A DNA stretch of 60,399 nt, the filler included, from Dugesia japonica (taxonomy: Eukaryota): NCBI GenBank assembly GCA_001938525.1. It is 6 parts of 6 records of this genome, joined end to end, with 100 filler letters (N's around TTAATTAATTAA, not from the genome) between each part and the next. Parts side by side here need not be neighbours in the genome. Positions count along the whole stretch, not along the records: positions 8,505 to 20,028 come from MQRL01591644.1; positions 20,129 to 28,484 come from MQRL01619305.1; 4 more parts are not named here. The stretch is one strand, 5' to 3'. The notes beneath the pieces are model-generated. The model was given only the letters and a program-made list of their open reading frames with translations. It made no database searches and was not told where the DNA came from. This document shows positions 12,526 through 24,404 of this stretch, piece after piece. How positions within the stretch are numbered: position 1 is the first letter of the stretch; each line of letters starts with the position of its first letter. The position numbers and the translations under genes are program-made.

Positions 12526-13750
12526 GTGAATCGAAATCCAATCCAAGGATTACAATTTATGTTTAATAAAGCGAAAGAAATACAGAATGACAAGTTTAAT
12601 GTCGGTTATTCTTTTAAAGTAGATTTACAATATAAAGATGATGCAGCAAAATTAGCTAATAGGAAATATCCATTAGCTCTAGAGAAAAGAAAGATAAAAA
12701 TAAATGAATTATCTAATTATCAAATAAATTTATTAAAACAATCAAAACCAAATTTGTTGAGACAAAAAATCCAAAAAAAAAATCCAAAAACAAATTAGGT
12801 TATATTGAAAAATCTAGAATATTATATTCAAAGAAGAATGGCTGTAATAAAGATCCACGAGATAGTTTCATTTAGAGATAAATCATCGTTAAAAGATTAT
12901 TATACAAGAAAAAGAACTGTTGCTAAAACTGAGTTTGAGAAAGATTTATGAAAATTAATGAACAACGGTTTCTTTGGTAAAACAATGGAGAATATAAGAT
13001 TAAGAAAAAATATAGATCTAGTTAATACACCAGAACAATTTATAAAAAGAACTTCTTAACCAACTTTTAAAAGCTTAAAACAATTTGATGAAAATCTATT
13101 TGCTGGTCACTTTACAAAGAAACAAATACAAATGAATAAACTAATTTACATCGAATTTGTTATTTTATAATTATCAAAGTTACATATGTATAAAACATTT
13201 TATGAAGAATTAAATCCTAAATTAGATATCATACCAATATACAAAGATACTGATTCTTGGGTATTACATATTAAATCAAATGATTTATATAAAGAAATAA
13301 GAGAAAAGAATTAAAAAAAATATTCGACTTCAGTAATTATAAAATAGATAGTAATACTGGTAGAGAATTACAATTAACTCCTGAAGATTTAACCAAGCAT
13401 AAATAAGTAATTAGTTATTTTACGGATGAATTAAGAGGTCAGATAATGTTAGAGTTCTGTTTTAGCTTCAAAATCTAAATCATATTGTTTTATAAATGAA
13501 GATAAGAAAGAGGATTCGGGAATTAAAGAGAAAAATAAAAGAACAAGTAAAAGTGTTGTTGCTAAAAAAATACATATGAATAATTACAAAGATGAAATAA
13601 AGAATGGTAATTTACAATATAATATTAATTTTAATATTAGATCAAAATTACATAATGTTTATACAGTAAAACAAAATAAAATAAAAAAATTTTAAATCCA
13701 TATGATGATAAAATATTTTATTGCAATAATATAATTAACATTCCATATTG
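12526..13750 (+). pseudogene. Polinton pPolB C-terminal half, copy 2 (different, more AT-rich lineage)
   Basis: VDLQY..YPLALEK, KLMNNGFFGKTMEN (about 12952), LSKLHMY, IYKDTDSW (about 13237), FDFSNY, NIRSKLHNVYTVKQNK and YDDK. Many stops and frameshifts. Confidence 0.85.
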
Positions 13751-14879
13751 CAATGGAAGTTATTTACAATCGCATTTAATTTAAAAATACCCATCCCACA
13801 TAAAAAATCTTTTATTGAAATTTATAATATTATTGCTTCAATATTCTTGTTTCAGCAGGACAAACAATTCAAAAGCATACCAGAAATGTTAAATGCTTTT
13901 ACATTAGAAACAAACTATAAAATAAAAAGAGCTACTTACTATAAATATATACGATACTAAAAATCATCTATTTATTTATTAAAGACTTTATATTAAAGAC
14001 AAAGTAATAACAATATTATTCTTTTTATTATGAAACATGATACAATAAATATTAATTTTGATCATTTAAAACACTTAATTGATTTTACTAATGAGGAGTC
14101 TGTCTATTTGTCTCAATACCAGACAAGTTGCTTTATCGACTTTATAGGAAATGACTGCAGTCAACAACAGTCTAACAGCAGCCAACTACAGTCAATTCCC
14201 AACGACAGAGATAATGAAGTTCTGACTAAACAGACGAACAGACAGACGACAGACAGACAAACATTAGCAACAAGAGAGAAAAAATCAAATATTAGCAAAA
14301 TTGACAAATGTTTGGCGAAGAATTTAGATAAAAAGTTTAATAAAGATTATTTAAAATAAATTAACTATTAATAGTCGAATCAGATATAAAACAGATTTAT
14401 TATACTCTTGGGAAATTAGAGTATTTGGTTAAAGATAAAAATAAAGAAATAAATAAAATTTTCAATCTCTATATCCATATCATAAATAGTATCACCCATT
14501 AATTCAATGCACCATGTATATTTTTAAAGCTTTATAAAAAGATCTAAACATAATACCGCTCTATTCATTATAGATGGCTGCTCAACTTTATCATTTCTAT
14601 CTTTAATTTTATTTTTAAACTCATCAGTATTAGTATATTCTTCAATTATATCATTGATAAATGTTTCCATTTTTATAATTTATTTTTATAATTAACTTTT
14701 AACTTTATAAAATTTAAGCAATTATAATCTATTTCTAATTTACTCTCCTTCTTAATTTTGGTGTAAGTTGTTTTATTATAGTTTCTATTTCCTTAGGCTT
14801 TGTTAATAAAAAAGTATTATCTCTTCCTGTTTCTTTATTATCATTATCTACACTATCTGTTTTAATCTTTATTATTTTA

Positions 14880-15320
14880 TTTTTGATTTCATTAAAAATT
14901 GTTTTACTAGTATTAATTTCTTCATCAGTTAATATATTGTCGTGTAAACATTTTTGATGATATAGAAATAATATATTTTTACTAGTTTCTAATTCTTTAG
15001 TTAAATCATTATATTTCTTCTTTTAATTAAACCGATGTTTAATACACTGTGAACAATTGAATTTGCTAAAGGGAATGTACCAAGTATAATAACAGGTAAA
15101 GTTAAAATAACTATACCACTTGTAGCTAAAACCGTTATTGTTATACCTGCTGCACTAAATAAACTTCCCATTAAAATATCAGTATATCTTACGCATGTAT
15201 CAAACATTTTTTATCTTCTATATAATTTATTATAATGATTTATTTTATCAGTTAAGAATATTAAATCATTTTCAAAATCTTTAATTCTTAATGTTTTAAG
15301 TTTATTCTTATAATCATCTA
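14880..15320 (-). pseudogene. Polinton/adintovirus-type membrane protein remnant
   Basis: A charged helix, two Gly/Ala-rich hydrophobic segments (GSLFSAAGITITVLATSGIVILTLPVIILG) and a C-terminal CLHDNILTDEEI motif, similar to proteins of adintovirus-like elements. Located within the Polinton gene array. Confidence 0.35.
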
Positions 15321-16346
15321 AAGGTGGCATTCAAATTGGCTGATCTAAATCTTTATAAATATTATCTACTTCATTTATATGAGGATAAATATGATCATAT
15401 TTTTTCTCCATTTTTAATTATAATATTTTGTTTTTATAATGGTTTCATTTTTTTCATTAATATTATTATTATCAAACTTTGTTACTCTTGTTTGTGTACT
15501 AAAAATGTGAAAAAATTGTCCAAATATTGCATTGTTATTTGTTTCACCCCGACTAGTTTCATAGCATAAACACTCATAAATAAATCCACTCGTATATTTA
15601 TCTCCTATAATTAGTTTACCAAATTCAAAATCTTTGTTTATAGTAATGTATTGTTTATTTTGCGGATTATTTTGATTAAGAATAATTTGATTTCCTTTCT
15701 TTTCAATATATAATACATTAGGATAAGGCTTAGGAAGATTATTCAGGAAAGTTAAATTAACTTTTTGATTGTGATATAAATCTTCTTTATTTGATTGTAC
15801 ATAATTTGTATATCATTTATATTTCACTATTATATTTTTATTTGATTCACCTCCTTTAATGAACGCCCCTTTTGAATAAGAATAACTTTCTTTATTAAAA
15901 AGAATAATAACAACAAAGTCTTTTTTAAATTCATAATTAGAAATAAATTGATCTCCTTTATTTAAATAAAAACATTTATTGCGACTATAGAAAGAGGTAT
16001 TTCCTAATGACATATTTCTCAATCGTAATTCAGGTTTTCCTTTTATAGTTAAACCGCCGCCGCTTATATCTTCAAAACGAAAATTATCATTTATATTATC
16101 TAAACAAAAACTCTACTTTTAAGTTATATACTTTTTCAAATTGTCTTATTTCATCAATTTTAAGTAATGAATAACTATTAAAAGTATTAATAAATAAATC
16201 TTTGAAGAAATGTAATCTTTAATCATTATTATAATTATTTAATTTATTACTAAACTCTGTTTGAAGGCTCTTTAGAGCTGTGAGCTGCTCCTGTTTAAAA
16301 GACTTAAGATTTTTTTTATTTTCATCAACTTATGTTACACTATCTT

Positions 16347-16892
16347 TTAAAGATTTTTTTCTTTTTCTGGCTCTTGTTTAAAAGAATTAAATGTATCATT
16401 TGATTTTAACTCGACCTGTTTTATTATATCTTTTAAAGCGGCATTTAGCCTAGAGCAAAGCTCGGATTTCACTTCTTTATCTATTAGATCTGTAATTTCG
16501 TTATCTAATTTAGTTTTAAACTTTAATATTTTAGATTCAATCATTTCATTTACTCTAGTAATAAATGTATCTATTCTAAACTTAGTTCTATTACTTATAT
16601 CGGGAAGAAGATCCTTTTTAATTTGATCAGCATATTTCTTTAAATATTTATCATTTACAACATCATTATCAGTTTTAAGTTCTTGAATAACTTCTAATTT
16701 TTCTATTTTATCGCCCGATTCATTTACATAAACTTTATTAAGATTATTTATCTCACTAGTAATTTTATTATTTAACCTGTGTTCTAAAGGTTTAGCTAAT
16801 TTAGCTTCAGTATGTTTAATTACATCTTCAAAATTAAAATAACTTGATTGGATAGTTGAACCAGATTTGCTAGTAGGTATAAAAGTACTCAT
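16347..16892 (-). CDS. Hypothetical coiled-coil protein in the Polinton structural gene array (probably continues, decayed, to about 15400)
   Basis: 181-aa open frame rich in K/E/L heptads, co-oriented with the penton-like gene. Confidence 0.4.
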   Translation of the reverse strand: MSTFIPTSKSGSTIQSSYFNFEDVIKHTEAKLAKPLEHRLNNKITSEINNLNKVYVNESGDKIEKLEVIQELKTDNDVVNDKYLKKYADQIKKDLLPDISNRTKFRIDTFITRVNEMIESKILKFKTKLDNEITDLIDKEVKSELCSRLNAALKDIIKQVELKSNDTFNSFKQEPEKEKNL

Positions 16893-16949
16893 TTTTATTT
16901 GTGATAAATAACATAATAATTTACTTATTTATTCAAAAGTGTTATTAAA

Positions 16950-18213
16950 TCTAAGTAAATAGAATCAATAATTTTATGATAGAAATATATCTGTACTTTA
17001 TCCTCACATAAGAAAGTTTGAAAAAGTTAACCAGATAACAAATAAAAGAGACTGATTGACCAGATTTTTTATTAAATAAATTTTAGTCTAAAAAATTTCG
17101 TTATCTTTCTTAATTTTGAAATATACTTGTGTTTTTTATTATTTTTTAATGTTCTTCGGGGACTCTCAAATAAAGTACTTGTTTTTTCGCTATATAACTT
17201 TTTATGTATAAGGTTTGTTGATTTTTAACCGTTTTATTCGTACTCACCGTAAAATGTCCAGTCGAATGATATAAATTTCTATAGATTTTGAGGTACTTTT
17301 GATATTTTCGAAAAATGTCACCGAATTCCGGGAGGGTGGCTCTACATATTCGTTAGAAAGCATTTTTACCGAGACGATATTTAAACTTAGCACAGTCACT
17401 TTTTCCTCCTGAGTAAAATGATACTAAATTTGAAACTATACGAGTTATGCACACAGAGAAAATTGAGTATAAANNNNNNNNNNNNNNNNNNNNNNNNNNN
17501 NNNNNNNNNNNNNNNNNNNNNNNNNNNNNNNNNNNNNNNNNNNNNNNNNNNNNNNNNNNNNNNNNNNNNNNNNNNNNNNNNNNNNNNNNTCTATCGAATA
17601 GACAGTTTATTTTGAGAAGAAAATATTTTTTCGAAAAAATCCTGTGCAAAATACTGTGAAAACCAAAAATGATAGCCGTAAAATTCTGAGTCGATATATC
17701 TAAAAATAACTATATGTTGTAAAAATTATATTTAAAATTTTTGAAGCTCCGGATTCCCATAAAAATTTGATTTAAAAAGTTTTAAATTTTCATATTTTTA
17801 AACAACATTAACGGTTTGTCCAGATTCCTATAAAAAATTCCCATAAAAAGTTTTCCCCAAACAAAAAGCTTGAAAAAATAATTGCTGCTTAAAAAGCCTA
17901 AAATATTTTCCCAATTAAAACCACAGGAAAAAGTAGCCTCTCTTAATCCTATTACGTAAACTTTCACCGATGAAATTAATATTATGACATAATTTGTGTT
18001 CAAATAATTTCCCCAACTAAATACACAGAAAATAATAGCCTCACTTATGTAATAATTTAGCGACAAAATTAATTACATTATGTAATGCACATAAATGTGT
18101 GCCACCGCCTATTTACATTCGAAAAATACAGCCTCACTTATGTAATAATCCGATTACGTTGGGGGGGGGGTTACAAAATGTGTGCAGAGGCTGGAAGCCA
18201 CTATCCCTATACT
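16950..18213 (-). mobile_element. Non-coding Polinton-like end inserted into the penton gene (left limit approximate)
   Basis: Ends GCCACTATCCCTATACT (reverse complement AGTATAGGGATAGTGGC) after a G-run, with repeated AGCCTCACTTATGTAATAAT. It truncates the penton reading frame. Confidence 0.55.
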
Positions 18214-18654
18214 AATATTAGCACTTGTATATTTCCCTTCTTTATTATAAACACCCGAATTAAATCCTAGAATTGTATGAAAGAAAGATGTGTTTTCAAT
18301 AAGTAATATTTGATCTTTTGGAATAGTTAATTCACATTTAGATGTAGATAAATCAGCTTTAATTTCTATTTTAAATAATTTAAGCTTTTCATTTAATTCT
18401 TTAATTTCATAGGCCCCGGGATAAATCACTATTACTTTTTCATTTAATTTAAATTTTTTATTCAAATTATTAATATTAAAAATAGTATTATAACAACTAA
18501 GCCATAATAATCCTAATTCATAATTAAAGTCTTTATTTAATTCAATAGGTGTAGGGAAATCTATTTTAAATTCAGATGTTTTTGATTGTGCAAATATAGT
18601 TGTTGAAAATTTTGAGCTCATTAAATTAATTAACTTTTCCATTTCCTTTTCCAT
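18214..18654 (-). pseudogene. Polinton/adintovirus minor capsid (penton) protein, N-terminal part
   Basis: FPTPIELN..YELGLLWLSCYNTIFNI..IYPGAYEIKELN..ILGF, cut by an inserted terminus. Confidence 0.7.
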
Positions 18655-18655
18655 T

Positions 18656-19124
18656 TTATTTTATTTTCTTCAAAAAATAATTATACTTATCTGTTGAAAT
18701 CGAATGATGAATTCTTAATTTACTAAGAATATTTTTAATTTGTTGATCAACATTATCATGTCCAGCTTTTTGTGCAGCAAATAATTTATTTAATTCTACA
18801 AATAGATCAATAGGATTGTCGTTATTTTCTTCATCACTAATTGAGTTGAGATGACTTATTATACCCCTTCCTTCTTGAATTATTGGCCCGTCATTAGATA
18901 AAGCATATTGTTTTAAACTTTTGATATAATTACTTGCTGTAGATGATTTACAAAATTTGATTAAATTTAAATGTTTCTTATTTTCGTCTTTATTATTACA
19001 GTTTTTACCTAAAATTGAATTCTCTAAATCATTTTTAAATTGAATTTCTAAGTTATGTGTTTTAGAATATAAATATATCGTTCCATTTCTTTTATACAGC
19101 ATAAAGGAATAGTTATTAATAGTC
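18656..19124 (-). pseudogene. Conserved Polinton/adintovirus hypothetical protein preceding penton (5' end cut by another terminus)
   Basis: C-terminus EGRGI..NPIDLFVELNKLFAAQKAGHDNVDQQIKNILSKL resembles the PxxLxxxLxxLxAxxxAGN motif of such proteins. Its stop abuts the penton ATG. Confidence 0.55.
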
Positions 19125-20028
19125 AGTAGATATATAGTAGCAATCCGCACCACGCACACGTTCAGTAGCCCCCCCGGCGTGACGTAACGTAATGAAATTT
19201 AATACTAATGCATTTAGTTGGGAATTTAAAAATTACATCATTAGGTAATAGTACTTAATTTGATGTTACTTTTTCCCTGTGTGTTTAGTTGGGAATTTAT
19301 TCGGTGAGGTCGAATGAGGTCAATTTTTTATTGGTTTTAAGTGGTTTTTGTCCAAGATTTATTCGNTGAGGTCAAATAAGGTCTATTTTTGGATGGTTCA
19401 GGTGAATTTGGTTACTTATTTCCTCGGGATTGGTTGGTTCGGGTTATTTTTGGGCGTTTTGGTCAAATTTTTCCTCGGCATTGATGATTTTTGTGTGATT
19501 TAGGTAAATTTGGTCCAAAATTTCCTCGGTGAGATCGAATGAGGTCGATTTTTGGCTGGTTCAGATAAATTTAGTCAAATTTTTCCTCGGTTTTGGTCAG
19601 TTTGGGTNNNNNNNNNNNNNNNNGATCAATTTTTGGTTGGTTTAGGTGAAATTGGTCCAATATTTCTTCGGCATTGATGATTTTTGGATGATTAAGGTGA
19701 AATTGGTTGAATGTTTTCTTGATGAGGTTGAATGAGGTCAATTTTTGATTGGTTCAGGTAAAATTGGTTGAATAATTCTTCATGTTTTAGACGTTTGGGT
19801 AAATTTGGAAGATTAGTCAACTATTTCCTCAAGATTGGTCACTTTAGGTAATTTTTGGGAGTTTTGGTAAATTATTTCCTCGGGATCGGTCAGTTTAGGA
19901 TGAATTTTTACGGAAATTCTAGGAAAAAGTAGAATTTGTTCAAATTTTCAAGTTTATTTTAAAATTACTTTAAACTTTTGTGGTAAATTGGTGAAATTAA
20001 GTCATTTTTGTTTAAATTTTCAGATTTT
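19125..20028 (+). mobile_element. Polinton terminal repeat with degenerate subterminal tandem repeats
   Basis: Starts AGTAGATATATAGTAGCA..GCACACGTTCAGTAGCCCCCCC, close to the 52069 terminus. It is followed by many TTCCTCGG / GAATGAGGTCAATTTTTG / TTGGTTCAGG units (19270-19900). Confidence 0.65.
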
Positions 20029-20128
20029 NNNNNNNNNNNNNNNNNNNNNNNNNNNNNNNNNNNNNNNNNNNNTTAATTAATTAANNNNNNNNNNNNNNNN
20101 NNNNNNNNNNNNNNNNNNNNNNNNNNNN
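20029..20128. other. Artificial scaffold spacer
   Basis: N44-TTAATTAATTAA-N44. Confidence 0.97.
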
Positions 20129-21631
20129 GGGTTCATAAATATTTTGCAGGAAACTTTTGTATGTAAAAACACTTTACACTTTCATAAAAATGTATTATTC
20201 AAAAAAAAATTTTCATAATAAAATAATATGATATTTACAATAATGAGACACTAATAAAATTTTAATATTAACAAATTCACATTTTAAAACATTCAAAATA
20301 CATTTTATATACAAAAAAGAGTAATTAAAAGTTTTCTTTGTACATCAAATAAAAATATTTTTAGTTTTGTTCACAAAACTGTTAATATTTTCTCGCCTTC
20401 TTGGTGGCAAAATCTTTTAAAATATTTTCATAACTTAAAGAATTTGCTTATTTCTTTTCTATTGACATAATTGCCAAAAAAATAAATAGTTCTTGGCTTA
20501 TCTCTGACCGCAGAGAACGTTTTAATCATTAAAGGCCCCTCGAGTGGGGTCTCGATAATCCTGAGGCCAAGTTCCGACAAGCGCACTAAACCCGCCTTAT
20601 GGNNNTGGCGGTTCTGATAATGGTTGACGAAGATGGGTTTTAGTTAATCACAAATTAAATCAAATTTTTATTTTATTATTTCAAAAATTATATAAATGTA
20701 CTTTATACATTATACGGCATTTAACATTCATGTGGAATACCTCATCGTAATATTAAAATTAAATAAAATTTGTCTCAATCTATTTATTTTCGAGTACATA
20801 AATAATATGGTGTACTCTTTGCAAAATTAAATTCTATTTTATTAGGTTTCATTTTAACAAATTTTTGTTTGCAAACTTTTTTAAATTATCACAAATTTTC
20901 ATACTAAGGCCAAATATGTCAGTCATTTCTGAAAATTTCATGAATATTAGCTAGTATGTAAAAACGGTCTGAAATGATTCATCAATATAAGTTTCCAATA
21001 ATAAAAGTTCATTAATACTGTTAATTTTAATTGTCATCTAATCGCGTTCTTGTCAATAGAATGTATTGATAAATTAATTATAAACAAAATTTAGTTTAAA
21101 ATATAACTGTTTACATTGAGAAAATGGTATTCTTTCAGTTTTAACTAAATTATTATTGATTATGGTCAAAATTTATGAACTATATAAAATTATTATTGAT
21201 ATTTTCAATTTTAAAAAACTTTTAAAATCTGAAAATTGGTTACTGTTATTATATTTTTCTTTAGAAAGTAAATTTTCATCCTTGCTATATTTTAATATAT
21301 ATTTTATATTGGAGTTTTGAAGAATAATAATTTGTTTAATTGATTAATTATTAAAGTAAACCTTATTTCTTGATTAAATATACGATGGGACCTTCAAATG
21401 TTTTAATTGAAATTTTACCGTCTTTTGACGTTTGTCCTAACTATATTAAATTTAATTCAATATTTAATTTAAAAGTTTACATACAATAATGTCAAACAAT
21501 TTTATATATTATGAAATTTTAAAACTAATTTTAATTTCAAAAAATTTTTAAAAATAATGGAAAATTTTTAAATAAAAATTAAATAAGGCGATTTAAAATA
21601 AAACTATAATTATATATGTCATCGGACAAAA

Positions 21632-21662
<31 letters not shown>

Positions 21663-22449
21663 TATTAATAAATTTTCTTTAAAAATTTAAATCTAATAAT
21701 GAAATTATATGAATTTAAAAACCTAAATTGCAACATGAAAAACCCCAATTCAATTTTAAAAAACTTTTTATTAATTGACGCGATCGAGTTTTTAGTACAT
21801 CGATGCATGAATTATGAAATCTAATTATTAATACCTCGTACAACACACAATCTTTCTCAATGTTAAATTTAAAAATTTTTGAATTTCTATTATAACCATC
21901 TAATATTCAGTATAATTGCTTAAATCTCGGTTTGAATAATATAGATCAGTAGTGAGTAAATGATGTGTCGCGAAAAAAATTTTAAAAATTAAAAAACACT
22001 GTTCACAACGCCAATTTCATATATTGCATTGATTTTTTCAATCTTACATAAAGAAAAATAAAATTGCATTTTTATGCTTTCTGTCGTTTCTTATGTTTTA
22101 TTAACTTTTTCAAAAAGAATTTAAATTAATGTTTATGGTACCGCTTAAAATTGCGACAGAATAAATTTGTATCGTTAAAACAAAATTTTTACTTTGTCGC
22201 GGCTTGAATGGGTTTGCTCACCACTGATATAGACTAAATAATTTCATATTTTTTATTTCATTTGGTGATGATAGTTGATCCATCGAAACATATTACAATA
22301 AAATTTTAATGATATTAATTTTATAATTTATTAAAAAATACCAANNNNNNNNNNNNNNNNNNAAAAATACCAACTTTTATTTTAACATTTATAAAATATA
22401 TCTATTCTCGTTAACGTTAAGGCATCCATAGGCAAATCAAATGTTAAAT

Positions 22450-23960
22450 TACATAAACACTTTAGAGATCTGTTCAAAAGTAAGGGATTAATAAAATCAA
22501 TTTTATTAAAATTAAATCCCTGTATGACTTTACAAGCATGGGCACATGGATATCCAAATTCTTTATTGAGAGAACAACTACAGCATTTTATTACTTTATT
22601 TAAAATTATTTTGTAAATAAAATTTCTGTCTCTCTAAACCTCAATAAAATTTGAATCAGCTCTTTCTACAAGTCTTAAATTTCTGGAATTAGTTTTATTA
22701 ACAACCAAGTTTACATTTATATTGGAAATTATGAGATTATCGGGAATCTCTGACAAAAATGCTCTAAATGGAATAATATTATTTTCATGCATATAAATAA
22801 AGTTAACCAACATTTCCGAAGANNNNNNNNNNNNNNATTTTCTGATAGAGTTATTTAACGATTCTGCTATATTTGAAGTGACTTGACCATATCTTGGACA
22901 TGAAGAGCAATATATAGTCCAAAGAGAAATTCGTATATTTCTAATATATTTGACAACATCTGCCTCTACTTTAGTTTCAATTTCATTAATATATCGATTA
23001 AATTCTTCGTATATACTGGCTTTAGGTGCTTTCCATATCAAACCTTGAGTATCTCTTTTAAACTCTTTTTATATTCTTTTCAATGTGAAAAACACAAAAA
23101 GAATAATTAGCTTCTAATAATTAACTTCATTTAATCCCGACTTTATGCCCTTTTCTCTGTCTGAAATTACAACTAGATTTCTTATTGTCGAAAAGCCCAG
23201 TGCTTCATTCAAGCCAATAATAACCTTTTTCTAATAATTTAATATCTCAGTCGGTGCCACCCCAATTGCAAGAAGATAAATTTTATTCCCTCCAGTAATC
23301 ACACATGCAGAAAATATCATTCCCATGTTTGATTTAGTACCATGACAAGTGTCTAAAACAATAATCGCCAAAGTATGTTGAGTAGTTTGTTTTGACTGAC
23401 TAGAACAAAAGAAACAATTTTCAAATTTTGACGCACTACCTATTACAGTTTGAGATTCACCATATACGTAATAAGATTCAGGATTATTTAACGTATTCGA
23501 TTCCAACCATGGTTTTTATATAACCCAAACCTTTTAATATATCTTAATTTTTTAATTTATTACCGTTTCTTAGACAATAATAACTTTGATAATAAGAAAG
23601 TTGTCTTCCTGTAGTTGACAGCAGATAGTTTGAAAGATCATCTGCTTTTAATATCTGTAAATCTCTGCTCAATTGATTTTCAGTATCTTTAACTGTAATA
23701 GACTTAAAAATATCTACATAAAAAACACAATTGGGTTGTTCAAACGTCCTCAGCTTATATCCAACACATTATTTGTATTTGTAAAGCATAGAAAAGCTAC
23801 AATAATTTTATGTGCATTGGACAAAAAATGTTTTTCACTTTTCTTTACTCGATAGGGTTTATGGTTAGCTAAACAATTGTCAGTTACCAACTTTTTGCTA
23901 TCAATCTTAGATGTTACACATAAAGGAGGAGCTTGCAAATTTTCTGTTCTTGTATTCAAA
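22450..23960 (-). pseudogene. Mutator/MULE transposase remnant with SWIM finger
   Basis: IVLDTCH (first D), VVISDREKGI (second D), FCVFH, TSNIAESLN (E) and CSCSLNKEFGYPCAH (SWIM). Confidence 0.85.
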
Positions 23961-24092
23961 TCTTCCGTAATTATTTTTATAAATATATTTTTTAAATGCT
24001 AAAAAAAAGTTGATAATTTTTATAATTCCATTATTTTTTTAAAATAAAAGCTTCGATCAAAATTTTTTTTATTTCATTTGGTTTTTGATAAT

Positions 24093-24127
24093 AATTCGAT
24101 ATTTCGACTTAGTCTTCTTCAGGAATT
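24093..24127 (-). ncRNA. Minimal type I hammerhead ribozyme (best copy)
   Basis: AATTC CTGAAGA A GAC-TAA-GTC GAAA TA TC^GAATT: perfect 5-bp stem I, 3-bp stem II, UC cleavage site, and palindromic ATAT instead of stem III. Confidence 0.72.
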
Positions 24128-24404
24128 GACTTTTTTTACTATTTTTCTTGGTATTTTTCAAACAACCCTATTTATAATTATGAATTTTTAAAAAAAATAT
24201 TCCAGTCATTAAATCAAATTAAATAATTATTTGTTATTAAAGTAAAACTTAAAAAATTATTATTTACAAAAAAATATAATGAATTACTTTACAGAAATAT
24301 TTCAAAAAATTTATGAAAATTTTTAGCAAAGAAATATTAATCATCGTATTTACTATATAAAAACTTATTAATACATTTAACGATTAAGTGATATTCCAAT
24401 AAAT

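Noticed and set aside
19270-19900. CRISPR-like array
   Set aside because: The units are degenerate tandem repeats without constant repeats and unique spacers, in a eukaryotic transposon end.
21760-22215. piggyBac-like MITE ending CGGCTTGAATGGGTT
   Set aside because: Only one plausible end, with no matching TIR or TTAA pair found.
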